Shown: positions 19,351-29,088 of the stretch, piece after piece | Layout of the letters: the number at the start of each line of letters is the position of its first letter | Position numbering within the stretch: the stretch's first letter is position 1 | Assembly: GCA_005222975.1 (NCBI GenBank) | Contig: NJBI01000010.1 | Coordinates: 1 to 64,000 of the forward strand | From: Promethearchaeota archaeon Loki_b31 | GTDB lineage: Archaea; Asgardarchaeota; Lokiarchaeia; Sigyniarchaeales; SOKP01 | Reading direction: 5' to 3' | Length of the DNA: 64,000 nucleotides | Translations under genes and position numbers: made by a program | Notes under the pieces: generated by a model | Databases searched by the model: none | What the model saw: the letters and a program-made list of their open reading frames with translations, nothing else | What the model was told of the DNA's origin: nothing

Positions 19351-19381
19351 CTCTGCCAGATCGCCTAATAAAGGCTTTAAA

Positions 19382-19811
19382 TCAGACTCTGCGCCCCCTG
19401 TGACCGCCTGAGCCGTTTTTAGAGGGAAATCTCTAAAAATTTACGACGGCAGTGATCATGAGACTTTGGGGTGACTTCTTCAATCCTTCCAACTCTTAAT
19501 CCGGAACGTGCCAGTGCACGGATACACGCTTGGGCACCAGGTCCGGGAGTTTGGCTTTTGTTCCCGCCGGGCGCTCTTACTTTGATGTGAACGCCCAAAA
19601 CGCCTTTATCTCTAAGATCGTTAGCCACACGGAAGCCGCACTGCATGGCCGCGTATGGATTCGATTCGTCTCGGTCGGCTTTAACCACCATACCGCCGCT
19701 ACATTTTGCGAACGTTTCACCGCCGCTAAGGTCGGTAGCTGTTACTATCGTGTTGTTATAGCTACTAAAGATGTGAACAATTGCCCACTTAACTTCTTCG
19801 CGTTTACTAAT
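19382..19811 (-). CDS. rps11: 30S ribosomal protein uS11, interrupted by a 31-nt insertion; join(19441..19811,19382..19409)
   Basis: [56 protein letters not shown]|GGHRGRRV*; probable ATT start after GGTGG. Confidence 0.95.
19410..19440 (-). other. Putative BHB-type mRNA intron in rps11
   Basis: Removing 31 nt restores the conserved C-terminus; folds into exon-exon helix, two 3-nt bulges, exon-intron helix and internal hairpin. Confidence 0.65.
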
Positions 19812-20000
19812 TTTAAAACCACCATTTTAATATTTTATTTTATTATAAAGGACTAATTATTTCTAAAATTTGAAGTTTATTATAATTTTAACTAGTTATC
19901 CTAATATCTTCAGCGAATTATGATAGATAAAATGAGGAAATTTGATAGGATAATTAAAAAATTTTTTATTAGATTAAATATCTAATATTCCTTAGAATTA

Positions 20001-20504
20001 CTAACTCTTTTCTTTAACTGTTGTTAGAGGGCTACTGGGAGCGTACCCAATGAAATCTTCTTCTTCTCTTTTTACTATGTAAGAAGGGGCGTCAATTTTC
20101 TTGCCTAGTACTTGAATGTGGCCGTGAACAATAAATTGTCTCGCTTGATAGATAGTTTTCGCGAACCCTTTCTCAAAGACCATAGTTTGTAGTCGTCTTT
20201 TTAATAAGGCCTCTACAGTAAGCGATAACACATCTTCGAATCTTGCTTCTGGACCTACTACGCCGAGCCTGATTAACTTCTTACTTAGCGTATCTTGAAC
20301 CTCTGCTGCTCTTTCTTTTGATAATGTTCTAGATTGTCGTGCTATACTTCTCCAATTACCCAGCATGGTACGCATTTTCCAGAACTCTCGTTTATTTCTA
20401 AGGCCGTATTTTCCTAGAAATTCAAGTTCTTCAGCCAACCTTTCTTTTTGAAAGGGATGTTTTGGTTTTTTAAATTTTTTCTTTAAACGTCGTGGATCTC
20501 CGAT
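20001..20504 (-). CDS. rps4: 30S ribosomal protein uS4
   Basis: (ATC)[40 protein letters not shown]; extends 5' of ORF-track start. Confidence 0.95.
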   Translation of the reverse strand: MGDPRRLKKKFKKPKHPFQKERLAEELEFLGKYGLRNKREFWKMRTMLGNWRSIARQSRTLSKERAAEVQDTLSKKLIRLGVVGPEARFEDVLSLTVEALLKRRLQTMVFEKGFAKTIYQARQFIVHGHIQVLGKKIDAPSYIVKREEEDFIGYAPSSPLTTVKEKS

Positions 20505-20517
20505 TTTTTGTCACCTT

Positions 20518-21006
20518 TTAATCCCTTTTAATACCTTTTAATCTTCTTCTCAATACGCCGACTACTAGTCCGTGTCGTCCCGTGCTTTTAGTTTTTTGAC
20601 CTCTTACTTTTAGTCCTTGGTGGTGTCGTACTCCTTTGTAGCTTTTAATCCGCTTCATTCTATCTATATCGCGTCTTACTGACAATTCTAGTCTATTTCC
20701 AAAGATGTGTAAATTTTCTCCGGTAACTAAGTCTTTTTTACGATTAACCATCCACGCGGGAATACCATTTGCAATCGGATCTATAATTATTTCTTCAATT
20801 CTGTTTAAATCCTTTTCAGGGAGGGCGCCAATTCTTAAGGCAGGGTTTATACTTGCAACCACAATTATTGCTTGAGCGAATCGTCTTCCAATTCCCATTA
20901 TTTGAGTTAATCCTTGTTCTACTTTCGCGTTTCCATCGACTTGACTCCGAAGTTTGCGAAAGAATAATTTTTCCCGAAAGTTGGCAGGTCTTGTAGTTAA
21001 GCTCAT
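20518..21006 (-). CDS. rps13: 30S ribosomal protein uS13
   Basis: LTQIMGIGRR, IPAWMVNRKKD, SYKGVRH..GLKVRGQKTKSTGR. Confidence 0.97.
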   Translation of the reverse strand: MSLTTRPANFREKLFFRKLRSQVDGNAKVEQGLTQIMGIGRRFAQAIIVVASINPALRIGALPEKDLNRIEEIIIDPIANGIPAWMVNRKKDLVTGENLHIFGNRLELSVRRDIDRMKRIKSYKGVRHHQGLKVRGQKTKSTGRHGLVVGVLRRRLKGIKRD

Positions 21007-21141
21007 TTTTACTCTAAATTATTACTTAATTACTTAATGTAATAATTAACGTTATAATTCTTAATATGAAATTTAATATTAATTTTATGGTTTATAAAGG
21101 AAGTAGGAATATTTGGGAAAAATTTTGAGAAAATCTAATAT

Positions 21142-22635
21142 CTAATATTGGGGGTATCTTATTTTCTCATTTTTCTTTTTATCGATATGTTTAGTACATT
21201 TGTTTCTTTTGGATTTGGCAGTCTTTTCGAGAAGAGGTAATCCAGGTTTAGCATCTTTAATCTTCTTTGACTCGATTAAATCGTTTTCGATTAGCCCGCT
21301 ATATAAATCTTTTCCTATTTGGGTTCTTATAATAACCGTATTCCAACCTGAGGGAGAACCAATAGAACCAATAGAAATATCCGCTGCTTCTGATGTCAGA
21401 TCAAAGCAGATATCACAATCTTCTCTTGCTAAGTGTGTAATCTCTTTAATAGGGACCGTTAATTCATCCCCAGAATTAGTATAAATAAAAAATTTCCCCT
21501 TATTTATGTCGGTTTTTCTTACGTCCTTTACGTTAACTTTCAAAACCTCGCAGATTTTTAAAAAGGATTCGTACGAGAAGGACTCCATACAGAAGATGCC
21601 AATACGAAATTTGATTTGGTTTAACGCGGGTATATCGATATTATAAATTTTAGATTTTAATAGCCCTTGCATCATGCAAGGAACTCCAACAACTGCTAAT
21701 TTGGTTGGATTTTTGTTTAAATCATTTAACACACTTAAGGTTGGGTTATTTACGTATTTTGTACCGGTAGTTAAAAGAATATCGTCTTTATTTTGAATTA
21801 CTATCGGTTCAGGCCTCCACGGAGTTCCGCTCATTTTTGCGCCTAGTGCTAGATCGATTTGGTTTGTGTCAAAAAGGTAATGTAAGCAAGTACTGGTAAT
21901 TCCACCATCCTGACATACTTTAGCAATACTTTCAATTTTAGTTCTTGCGGAATAAACTTCTATGTAATGTCCAATTGTAGAAACGCTTTTAATTTCTGAA
22001 GAGTTTTCTTGAGTCATGTTCAAGATATCTATGGGTAAATACGTACGAGGGCATACAAAATAGCACATTCCACATTTGATACACACATCTTCATCTAATT
22101 TACCAAAACCATTATAAATATTTAAACAATTTACAGGACAAACGCCGGCGCATAAACCGCACCCAGAGCAGATATTTGATTCAAACACTGCCTTAACTGG
22201 TTCGTAAATAGATTTTACTTCGGAGGGTTTAACAAAACGGCTTTGAATATCGAAATCCTTAAAAACTGTAGCTTTAATTGCGTCATTATTCCCTTCTATC
22301 GTATCGTTGATTTTATTGACTATTATAAGGTTTTCATTCTTCAATAATTCTAATAAACTAAGAGTTTTTCTGATATCTATGGAGTTTTTTTTGGAAAATT
22401 GTTTTATAGAATCAAAATTATTGGAATTATGTTGATTTAAATAGTTAAAAAGTCTATATTTCAAATGCTCTTCATCGAACATTTTGAACAACAGTTTATA
22501 GTATTGTTTTTCGCTATAGATGCCCGCATCTAAGATTTCCTGCTTAGCGTCAATTAACGCGCGGATCCTATATGAGTCTAAAGTAACAGCTACATCTTTT
22601 AAGGTTTCCCATGAAATGTTAGACTCAGAGCTCAT
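21142..22635 (-). CDS. Coenzyme F420 hydrogenase/dehydrogenase beta-subunit (FrhB/FdhB) family protein with N-terminal extension
   Basis: Two 4Fe-4S motifs, QDGG, GTKY, VGVPC, GIFCMESF, CDICFD, ADISIGSIGSPSGW. Confidence 0.9.
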   Translation of the reverse strand: MSSESNISWETLKDVAVTLDSYRIRALIDAKQEILDAGIYSEKQYYKLLFKMFDEEHLKYRLFNYLNQHNSNNFDSIKQFSKKNSIDIRKTLSLLELLKNENLIIVNKINDTIEGNNDAIKATVFKDFDIQSRFVKPSEVKSIYEPVKAVFESNICSGCGLCAGVCPVNCLNIYNGFGKLDEDVCIKCGMCYFVCPRTYLPIDILNMTQENSSEIKSVSTIGHYIEVYSARTKIESIAKVCQDGGITSTCLHYLFDTNQIDLALGAKMSGTPWRPEPIVIQNKDDILLTTGTKYVNNPTLSVLNDLNKNPTKLAVVGVPCMMQGLLKSKIYNIDIPALNQIKFRIGIFCMESFSYESFLKICEVLKVNVKDVRKTDINKGKFFIYTNSGDELTVPIKEITHLAREDCDICFDLTSEAADISIGSIGSPSGWNTVIIRTQIGKDLYSGLIENDLIESKKIKDAKPGLPLLEKTAKSKRNKCTKHIDKKKNEKIRYPQY

Positions 22636-22722
22636 TTTTTTTTTACTAATTTATTCTTTACAATTTATGTTTTTTATTATATGTTTTATATATCATAATT
22701 CCGAAAACTCATGCTGTGAGTT

Positions 22723-22760
22723 AGTTACCTTCTAACTCCTTTTTTTTTAGAAGGGTCATT
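22723..22760 (-). promoter_or_regulatory. Candidate eukaryote-like SECIS stem-loop just 3' of mvhD
   Basis: AAUGAC-CCUUCUAA-AAAAAAAGGAG-UUAGAAGG-UAAC: AUGA, 8-bp stem, A-rich loop; 3' side reads AA rather than canonical GA. Confidence 0.45.
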
Positions 22761-23189
22761 CTATTTCGGGTTAATTTTTAGTTTTGGTAGATGAGGAAGA
22801 GCTTCGATTTTGTTGGTGATGTCTTCTACTGAGTTAAGGAAATTTTCAACTTCGGCTGCAGAGCAGAAATATTGTTGAATCCTATCTTCAGAAAGGCCTA
22901 TGTGTTTAAACAACCTCTTTAAAAATTTGACATGTTCGTATGTATTCAAGTTTCCTTTTCCAAACTCACATTCGCCTTCTTTTCAGGAAATAATAGCTAC
23001 TCCATCGGCTCCGTTCAAAAAGCATTCCATTATTAAATGAATTCCAATTCTACCAGTACATCTAACTCTTATTAAATGGAAAGTGCTAGAATACGATTTT
23101 CTCATAGTACCTGTTAAATCTGCTACGGAATACCCTCACTTTTCACATCCAAAAGCAATAATATTTCTTTCTTTTACGCTATTTGACAT
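22761..23189 (-). CDS. mvhD: Hydrogenase iron-sulfur delta subunit MvhD/VhuD, selenoprotein (U18, U69)
   Basis: MSNSVKERNIIAFGCEK[TGA]GYSVADLTG..IRVRCTGRI..GADGVAIIS[TGA]KEGEC..GN; TGA at 23136-23138 and 22983-22985 occupy conserved Cys/Sec sites. Confidence 0.92.
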
Positions 23190-23210
23190 TTATTCTCGCC
23201 TATAATCTCT

Positions 23211-25211
23211 TTAATTTTCAATTTTGGTTGATATTTTCTTCATAACTTCGATTTCACTGCCCGCGATTCCTTTAATTTCTACCTCAAATTGCTTATTTCT
23301 GTAATACTTTAAATCGATAGCTCTTGCTGGACACGAAGAAACGCACACTCCGCAACCTTTACATTTTAACTCGTCAACAACGGCAATGCCATCTTCAGCT
23401 ACGATTATTGCTTGATATTCGCATAATTTTTCGCATCTATGGCATCCCACGCAGAGGAGTTCGTCAACTTCAGCTATAATTAACTCTTGAACGATAGTAT
23501 CGTAAGAAAGCAATGTAGCAGCTTTACTTGCAGCGGCTAATGCTGTAGAAACGGAATATGGGATGTTTTTTGGTCCCGCAGCACATCCACATATGTAAAT
23601 CCCTAATCCCTTAGTTTCTTGAGGTTTTAAACACCCGTGAATTTCTGAAAGGAATCCATTGGGACCTTTACTAAGCCCCATTACATCAATTATTTTATCT
23701 GTACCTTTTGAAGGTATCATCCCTGTTGAACACACTACTAAATCAAAATCCAAGTAAGAAACGTCTCCCTCTAAAGAATTGTCGTAAAAGAGTTTCATAG
23801 TTCCATCCTCGTTCAGCTTTATATCGCCCGGTTTTCCCCTTATGAACATTACGTTCTGTTCTCTTATATTTCTATAATATTGTTCGTTTCCTTTATCTGT
23901 GGTTCTAATATCTATATAGAATATCGTTATTTCCATATCGGGGTATTCTTGCTTTAACAATTGAGCGTTCTTCAAAGAAACGCTACAACAGACAGCAGAA
24001 CAATAATTATTTCCTCTTAACGTTCGGGACCCAACACATTGGATCATAGCTACTTTTTTAGGCGATTTTCCATCGGATATTCTATATACATGCCCCTCGG
24101 TTGGGCCAATTGGACTTAACAGCCTTTCTAATTCGATTTGTGTAATGACATCAGGATAAATTCCATACATATACTCTTTACTTTTTAAAATGTTGTATTC
24201 GTCCCATCCAGTTGCGACAATAACAGCGCCTACCGTAATATCGAGAATTTCAGGTTCTTGATCAAAATCAACCGCTTCACTAGGGCAAGTTCTTTCACAA
24301 TTTTTACAGTCTATACACACATCCATATCGATTACGGCATACTTTGGCACTGCTTGCGGAAAAGGAATATAAACTGCTCTTCTTTCTCCAAATCCTCGAT
24401 CAAACTCATTAGGGATCGTAATTGGACATTCTATTGTGCATAAACCGCATCCTGTACACTTTTTTTCGTCAACATATCGAGGATTTTTTCTGATTTTTAT
24501 CTTGAAATTTCCAGTTATGCCACTAAACTCTATAACATCGCTATAGGTCAGTAAAGTTATATTGGGATGTTTCGAAGCATTTACCATTATTGGGGCCAAA
24601 ACTCATATTCCACAATCGTCAGTAGGGAAAATCCTATCGAGCTGTGCCATTTTTCCGCCTATGGTTGGCTCTTTTTCAACCAAATAAACAGATATTCCTT
24701 GACTGGCTAAATCTAATGCAGCATTCATCCCCGCAATTCCAGCACCAATTACTAAAGCTGCTTTAGTTACAGGTATTTCTTTTCGTGGAACAGCTTCTAA
24801 TTCTCGAGCCCGATTTATTCCTGCTAATATTAACCTTTTTGCTTTTTTTGTCGCTTTTTCTTTATCGTCTTGATGAACAAAGGAGCAGTGTTCTCTGATA
24901 TTTACCATTTCAAAATAGTAGGGACTTAACCCTGCTTCCTGTAATACAGTTCGGTATGTGGGTTCGTGAATCTTAGGAGTGCATGCTGCGACCACTACTC
25001 TATTTAAATCTAATTCTAATATATCGCTTTTAATAATTTGTTGCCCCGGATCGCTACAAGTGAAATTATTAACTCTTGCTATGACTACGTTAGGTAAAGG
25101 CTCAACAAAGTCTCTTAAAGCATCGCAATCAACGTGAGCTCCTATATTAACGCCTCATCTACAAATGTAAACTCCTATTCTTAGTTTATCGATGGTCTGT
25201 TTATCAGACAT
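23211..25211 (-). CDS. hdrA: Heterodisulfide reductase subunit A, selenoprotein (U19, U203)
   Basis: RIGVYICR[TGA]GVNIG..VAACTPKIHE..NIREHCSFVH..GAGIAG..FPTDDCGI[TGA]VLAP..IQCVGSR..YCSAVCC; TGA at 25155-25157 and 24603-24605 join the ORF fragments in frame. Confidence 0.94.
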
Positions 25212-25402
25212 TTAATTCACCTTTAGTTGAAACATCACCGAAAATAGTTATTGTTTATACTTACTTCTTAAAATTTTAATAGAAGTCCCTTTGGTTTAGG
25301 AATTTTTGAATTAATATATTTTTAAGCATTTTTTTAAGCAACCTATAATTCCATTTAGATCTGTAAATTTGCATTCAAAATGCAAATCTCATTAACTTTT
25401 TT

Positions 25403-25612
25403 ATGATAAATTCATTATTTTCTAATATGGTGGAGCAAGAGGAAGGGAAAAAAGAAGATTTTGCTAAGCAATTTATGGCAGAAGAAGGCTTAAAAGGTAA
25501 AGCTAAGAGAATAAAAATCATGAACATTATAGATAAAGTTGGATACGACAATAGAAAAATAAGAGTTGCCTTTCTACGCTCAACAATAACTGAAAGAGTT
25601 CAGCATGAATGA
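25403..25612 (+). CDS. Small hypothetical protein (start may be 25427)
   Basis: Coding-like ORF upstream of serS. Confidence 0.55.
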   Translation: MINSLFSNMVEQEEGKKEDFAKQFMAEEGLKGKAKRIKIMNIIDKVGYDNRKIRVAFLRSTITERVQHE

Positions 25613-25721
25613 GATTTTTGATTATTCTTACAAATATTTATAATTTTCATAAATTAATTTAATGATTATTTATAGAAATTTAATAGAAATTAGAAATTTT
25701 AAATTTTAATGGGATTAAAAC

Positions 25722-27005
25722 TTGCGAGATATTGAAGATTTTAGAAGAAATTTTAAAAAAATCGTTGAATCAGAGAAGAAGAGATTTAACAATCCTGTTA
25801 AAGCAGAAAGAGTATTTGAATACGATCAAAAGTGGAAAAGCGTCCTACAAGAAATTCAAGACTTAAGAAAACAAATAAACGAACTTACTAGTAAGATTAG
25901 CACTTACAAGAAATCGGGCGATAACATAAAAGCCGAGAAAGCGATAAAGGAATCAAAGCAAATTAAGGAAAAAATTGACGAGTTGGAAAAGAAGAGAATC
26001 GAATTTATCAATAAAAGAGAAAAATATCGATATTATGTGGGAAACGAACTACACGAATCGGTTCCTATTGGTGAAACGGAAGAGAGCAACGAAATAGTAA
26101 GAACCATTGGAGATTTGCCTAAATTTGATTTTAAACCTTTATCACATGTAGATCTAATTGATGAAATTAATGGAGCAGATACAAAGAAGGCATCTGAAGT
26201 GGTGGGGTCAAGGTTTTATTACTTAAAAGGGGATATGGTGCTACTTAATTTAGCTCTCATTAGATTTGCTTTAGATAAGTTGATTAGCAAAGGTTATACT
26301 CCTTTATGGACCCCCTTCTTTATAAAGCATGAAGTTATGAAAGCAGCCGCAGAATTGGCAGATTTTGAGGAACAATTATATAAAATACAAGACGAAGATC
26401 TCTTTATGATTGCCACATCAGAACAGACTTTAGCTGCTTATCATTACAATGAGATCATTGATCCTAATTTGTTTCCACTAAAATATGCGGGAGTATCGTC
26501 TTGTTTTAGGAGAGAGGCAGGTTCACATGGAAAAGACACTCTGGGAATATTTCGAGTACATCAATTTGAAAAGGTGGAACAATACGTTTTTTGTAAACCT
26601 GATAATTCGTGGAATATCTTTGAAGAATTAATAACAAACGCAGAAGAGATTTATAAAGAATTAAATATCCCTTATCGAATTGTTAATATCGCCTCTGGCG
26701 AATTAAACGATAATGCCGCTAAAAAGTACGATCTTGAAGCTTGGTTTCCTGCTTCGGAAAAATATCGAGAATTAGTCTCGTGCAGTAATTGTTTAGATTA
26801 TCAAGCAAGAAAATTAAAAATAAGAGTCGGAAAAGTAGGTTCTACTCAAAAGAAAGAAATCGCACACACCCTAAATTCCACTGCGGTCGCTACTGAACGT
26901 ACAATTTGTTGTATTTTAGAGAATTATCAAAACAAGGATCGTTCAGTTTCGATCCCGAAAGTTCTTCAAAAATATATGAATGGTAAAAAATTATTAAACT
27001 CATAA
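25722..27005 (+). CDS. serS: Seryl-tRNA synthetase
   Basis: N-terminal coiled coil, ATSEQ, FRREAGSHGKD..FRVHQFEKVE, ELVSCSNC, HTLNST..TER. Confidence 0.97.
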   Translation: MRDIEDFRRNFKKIVESEKKRFNNPVKAERVFEYDQKWKSVLQEIQDLRKQINELTSKISTYKKSGDNIKAEKAIKESKQIKEKIDELEKKRIEFINKREKYRYYVGNELHESVPIGETEESNEIVRTIGDLPKFDFKPLSHVDLIDEINGADTKKASEVVGSRFYYLKGDMVLLNLALIRFALDKLISKGYTPLWTPFFIKHEVMKAAAELADFEEQLYKIQDEDLFMIATSEQTLAAYHYNEIIDPNLFPLKYAGVSSCFRREAGSHGKDTLGIFRVHQFEKVEQYVFCKPDNSWNIFEELITNAEEIYKELNIPYRIVNIASGELNDNAAKKYDLEAWFPASEKYRELVSCSNCLDYQARKLKIRVGKVGSTQKKEIAHTLNSTAVATERTICCILENYQNKDRSVSIPKVLQKYMNGKKLLNS

Positions 27006-27030
27006 AATAAAATTTGTCTAAAAATTAATA

Positions 27031-28263
27031 ATGATTGAAATTTCATTAGAAGAATTCGAAGTTTTTTATAAGGAAAAGCTTGATTCTCAATTTTATAAAG
27101 TTAAAAAAGCTGTTAAAAAGCAAATTTCTGACGTTCGAGATAACCTAATTGAAATAAAGGTTTGTACAGATCATTTTATTGATGCTGGAAAAGGAAATAT
27201 AGATGAGAAAGCGGTTAAATCGTTACATTTCTTTTCTGACAGAATTAAAAAAGAAATTGATGAAGTTGAAATACCTGAAGAAGATATTACTTACGACAAC
27301 ATGCATAGTTTATTAAACTCAATCAAGAAACTCTTTACAAGCATCAATGATATAGCAAAAAAATCTTTACCAAGATTCCAGAAACAAGTACAACCAGAAA
27401 TAAAAGAATTAAGTTATATTACGCGGAAATTAGGCACTAAACAAAAAGGTTTGGATGAGTTTCTAAGGAAAAAATACACTGATCTAAAGGAGGCAGAATA
27501 TTTACTTAAAAAGCTGCCAAAGTTATTTTCTTTAAGAGATAACATCGAACATGCCAAGTCTGATTTAGATGTGTTTGAAAGGGATTTAGAAGAGAGACAG
27601 AAAGAACAAGAAGATTTAATCCAAAAGCTATCAATTGTAGAAAAAAACGAACTGTTTGGAGAACAAGAAAAACAAGAAGATAACTTAGCCAAGTTGAGGA
27701 TGAAAATAAACAACAAATTTGGTTTTAAAAAAGCTTTAAAAAAGTTAAAATTTGAATTAGAAAAAGAAACTATTCATATTCCTAACATTAACACTTTTTT
27801 TCTAAGAGATTTTTTAAAAAACCCAATAAATACGTTAGTTAAGGAAAGCAGGGACCTACCAAAATTTTCAAGTTTGCTTATCCAATTACGTCATATTTTA
27901 GAGGAAAATAAGCTAAATCTTAAATCTGAAGTAAAAGATAAAACAATTCACCAAATTAATGCAATCTTTGACGAAAAAACAATTCAAAGCGATATCGATA
28001 AAATCAAAGAGACGACTAACAAAATTAATGAATTAAAGAAACATATTGACCAAGCAGGTTTAGCGATTAATCGAGAAGATATCAAGAATAAAATTGCTAC
28101 AAATACAATAAAAATAGAACATTTGGAAAACGATCTCGATAGAAAAAACAAAGATTACCTAAGATATTTATCTTCCTTAAAGAACGAAAGAGAAGAATTT
28201 CAAAAATCAGTTAAAAAGATTTTAAACGAAGAAGTTAAATTAAATATTACCTTCTCATTTTAA
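27031..28263 (+). CDS. Coiled-coil hypothetical protein
   Basis: 410-aa K/E/L-rich helical ORF cotranscribed with serS. Confidence 0.75.
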   Translation: MIEISLEEFEVFYKEKLDSQFYKVKKAVKKQISDVRDNLIEIKVCTDHFIDAGKGNIDEKAVKSLHFFSDRIKKEIDEVEIPEEDITYDNMHSLLNSIKKLFTSINDIAKKSLPRFQKQVQPEIKELSYITRKLGTKQKGLDEFLRKKYTDLKEAEYLLKKLPKLFSLRDNIEHAKSDLDVFERDLEERQKEQEDLIQKLSIVEKNELFGEQEKQEDNLAKLRMKINNKFGFKKALKKLKFELEKETIHIPNINTFFLRDFLKNPINTLVKESRDLPKFSSLLIQLRHILEENKLNLKSEVKDKTIHQINAIFDEKTIQSDIDKIKETTNKINELKKHIDQAGLAINREDIKNKIATNTIKIEHLENDLDRKNKDYLRYLSSLKNEREEFQKSVKKILNEEVKLNITFSF

Positions 28264-28298
28264 TTTTTTAGATATTTCATAAGTTAATAAAAGCTTTG

Positions 28299-29030
28299 CT
28301 AATTGGTTTTAACAATTTTAAAATCTCGATTATTTCTTTTATTTCTTTTTTGCAAAGTTAATTTTAAATTATTTTTTAGAAACTTATACGTCTCCGTTTC
28401 AATTAAATTAAAGATTTTAAAGTATTCGTGCGCTAATACTAAGTCTTGTTTAATATCGATATCAAAACCCGCCTGAAAAGAATCGTAAATCGCAAATTTC
28501 AAGTTTCTTTCTTGAGCGTCTTTTAGTAACGCGACAAAAGAAGGAACATTCGGATCTGAAAAATGCGTAGGCAAAATATCGGGAGGTTTTCTTCCAAAAA
28601 TAGAAATACCGGCCGAATGAATAGCAGGACATACGACCAGTTGGTTTTTTTTCATTAAATTACTTACTTCAATAAAATTTCTTTCTGATATTAAAATAAC
28701 ATCTAAAAACGTAAAAATCGTTTCTTTAGCGTTAAATTCTTCAATGGCTACATTATTTAAATCTCTAATAACTTCGTCAAACGATTTTTTTGGTACTGTG
28801 AGGTGCTCCTTTATCCCAACTAATCCATATTCTTCTGCTAAGTCTAATATTTCACCGCTATTACAATAAACTACTTTTTGGTCAAAGCAATCAACATTAA
28901 CTACTTTATTTGCTAAGTCTTTAAACATAGCAATAGTCAATTCTTTGAGTAATTCTTTTGGAAAACAATCTCTAAGACGAGATTTAGTTCTTGACAAAGG
29001 GGCGATAGGGATTAAAAGAATACTCCTCAT
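28299..29030 (-). CDS. cofC: CofC-like guanylyltransferase (F420 biosynthesis)
   Basis: ILLIPIAPLSRTKSRL..AMFKD..FDIDIKQDL. Confidence 0.75.
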   Translation of the reverse strand: MRSILLIPIAPLSRTKSRLRDCFPKELLKELTIAMFKDLANKVVNVDCFDQKVVYCNSGEILDLAEEYGLVGIKEHLTVPKKSFDEVIRDLNNVAIEEFNAKETIFTFLDVILISERNFIEVSNLMKKNQLVVCPAIHSAGISIFGRKPPDILPTHFSDPNVPSFVALLKDAQERNLKFAIYDSFQAGFDIDIKQDLVLAHEYFKIFNLIETETYKFLKNNLKLTLQKRNKRNNRDFKIVKTN

Positions 29031-29088
29031 TATGAAATTTAGGTATAGTTAAAATTTAAAATATATTAAAATTAAGATTTTTAAGTTA

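Noticed and set aside
19419-19691. ORF-track 90-aa uS11 ending FLEISL
   Set aside because: Misses the conserved N-terminus and reads into the 31-nt insert; replaced by the joined model
22761-24995. Fragmented ORFs suggesting hdrA/mvhD pseudogenes
   Set aside because: All breaks are in-frame TGA at conserved Cys sites, consistent with selenocysteine
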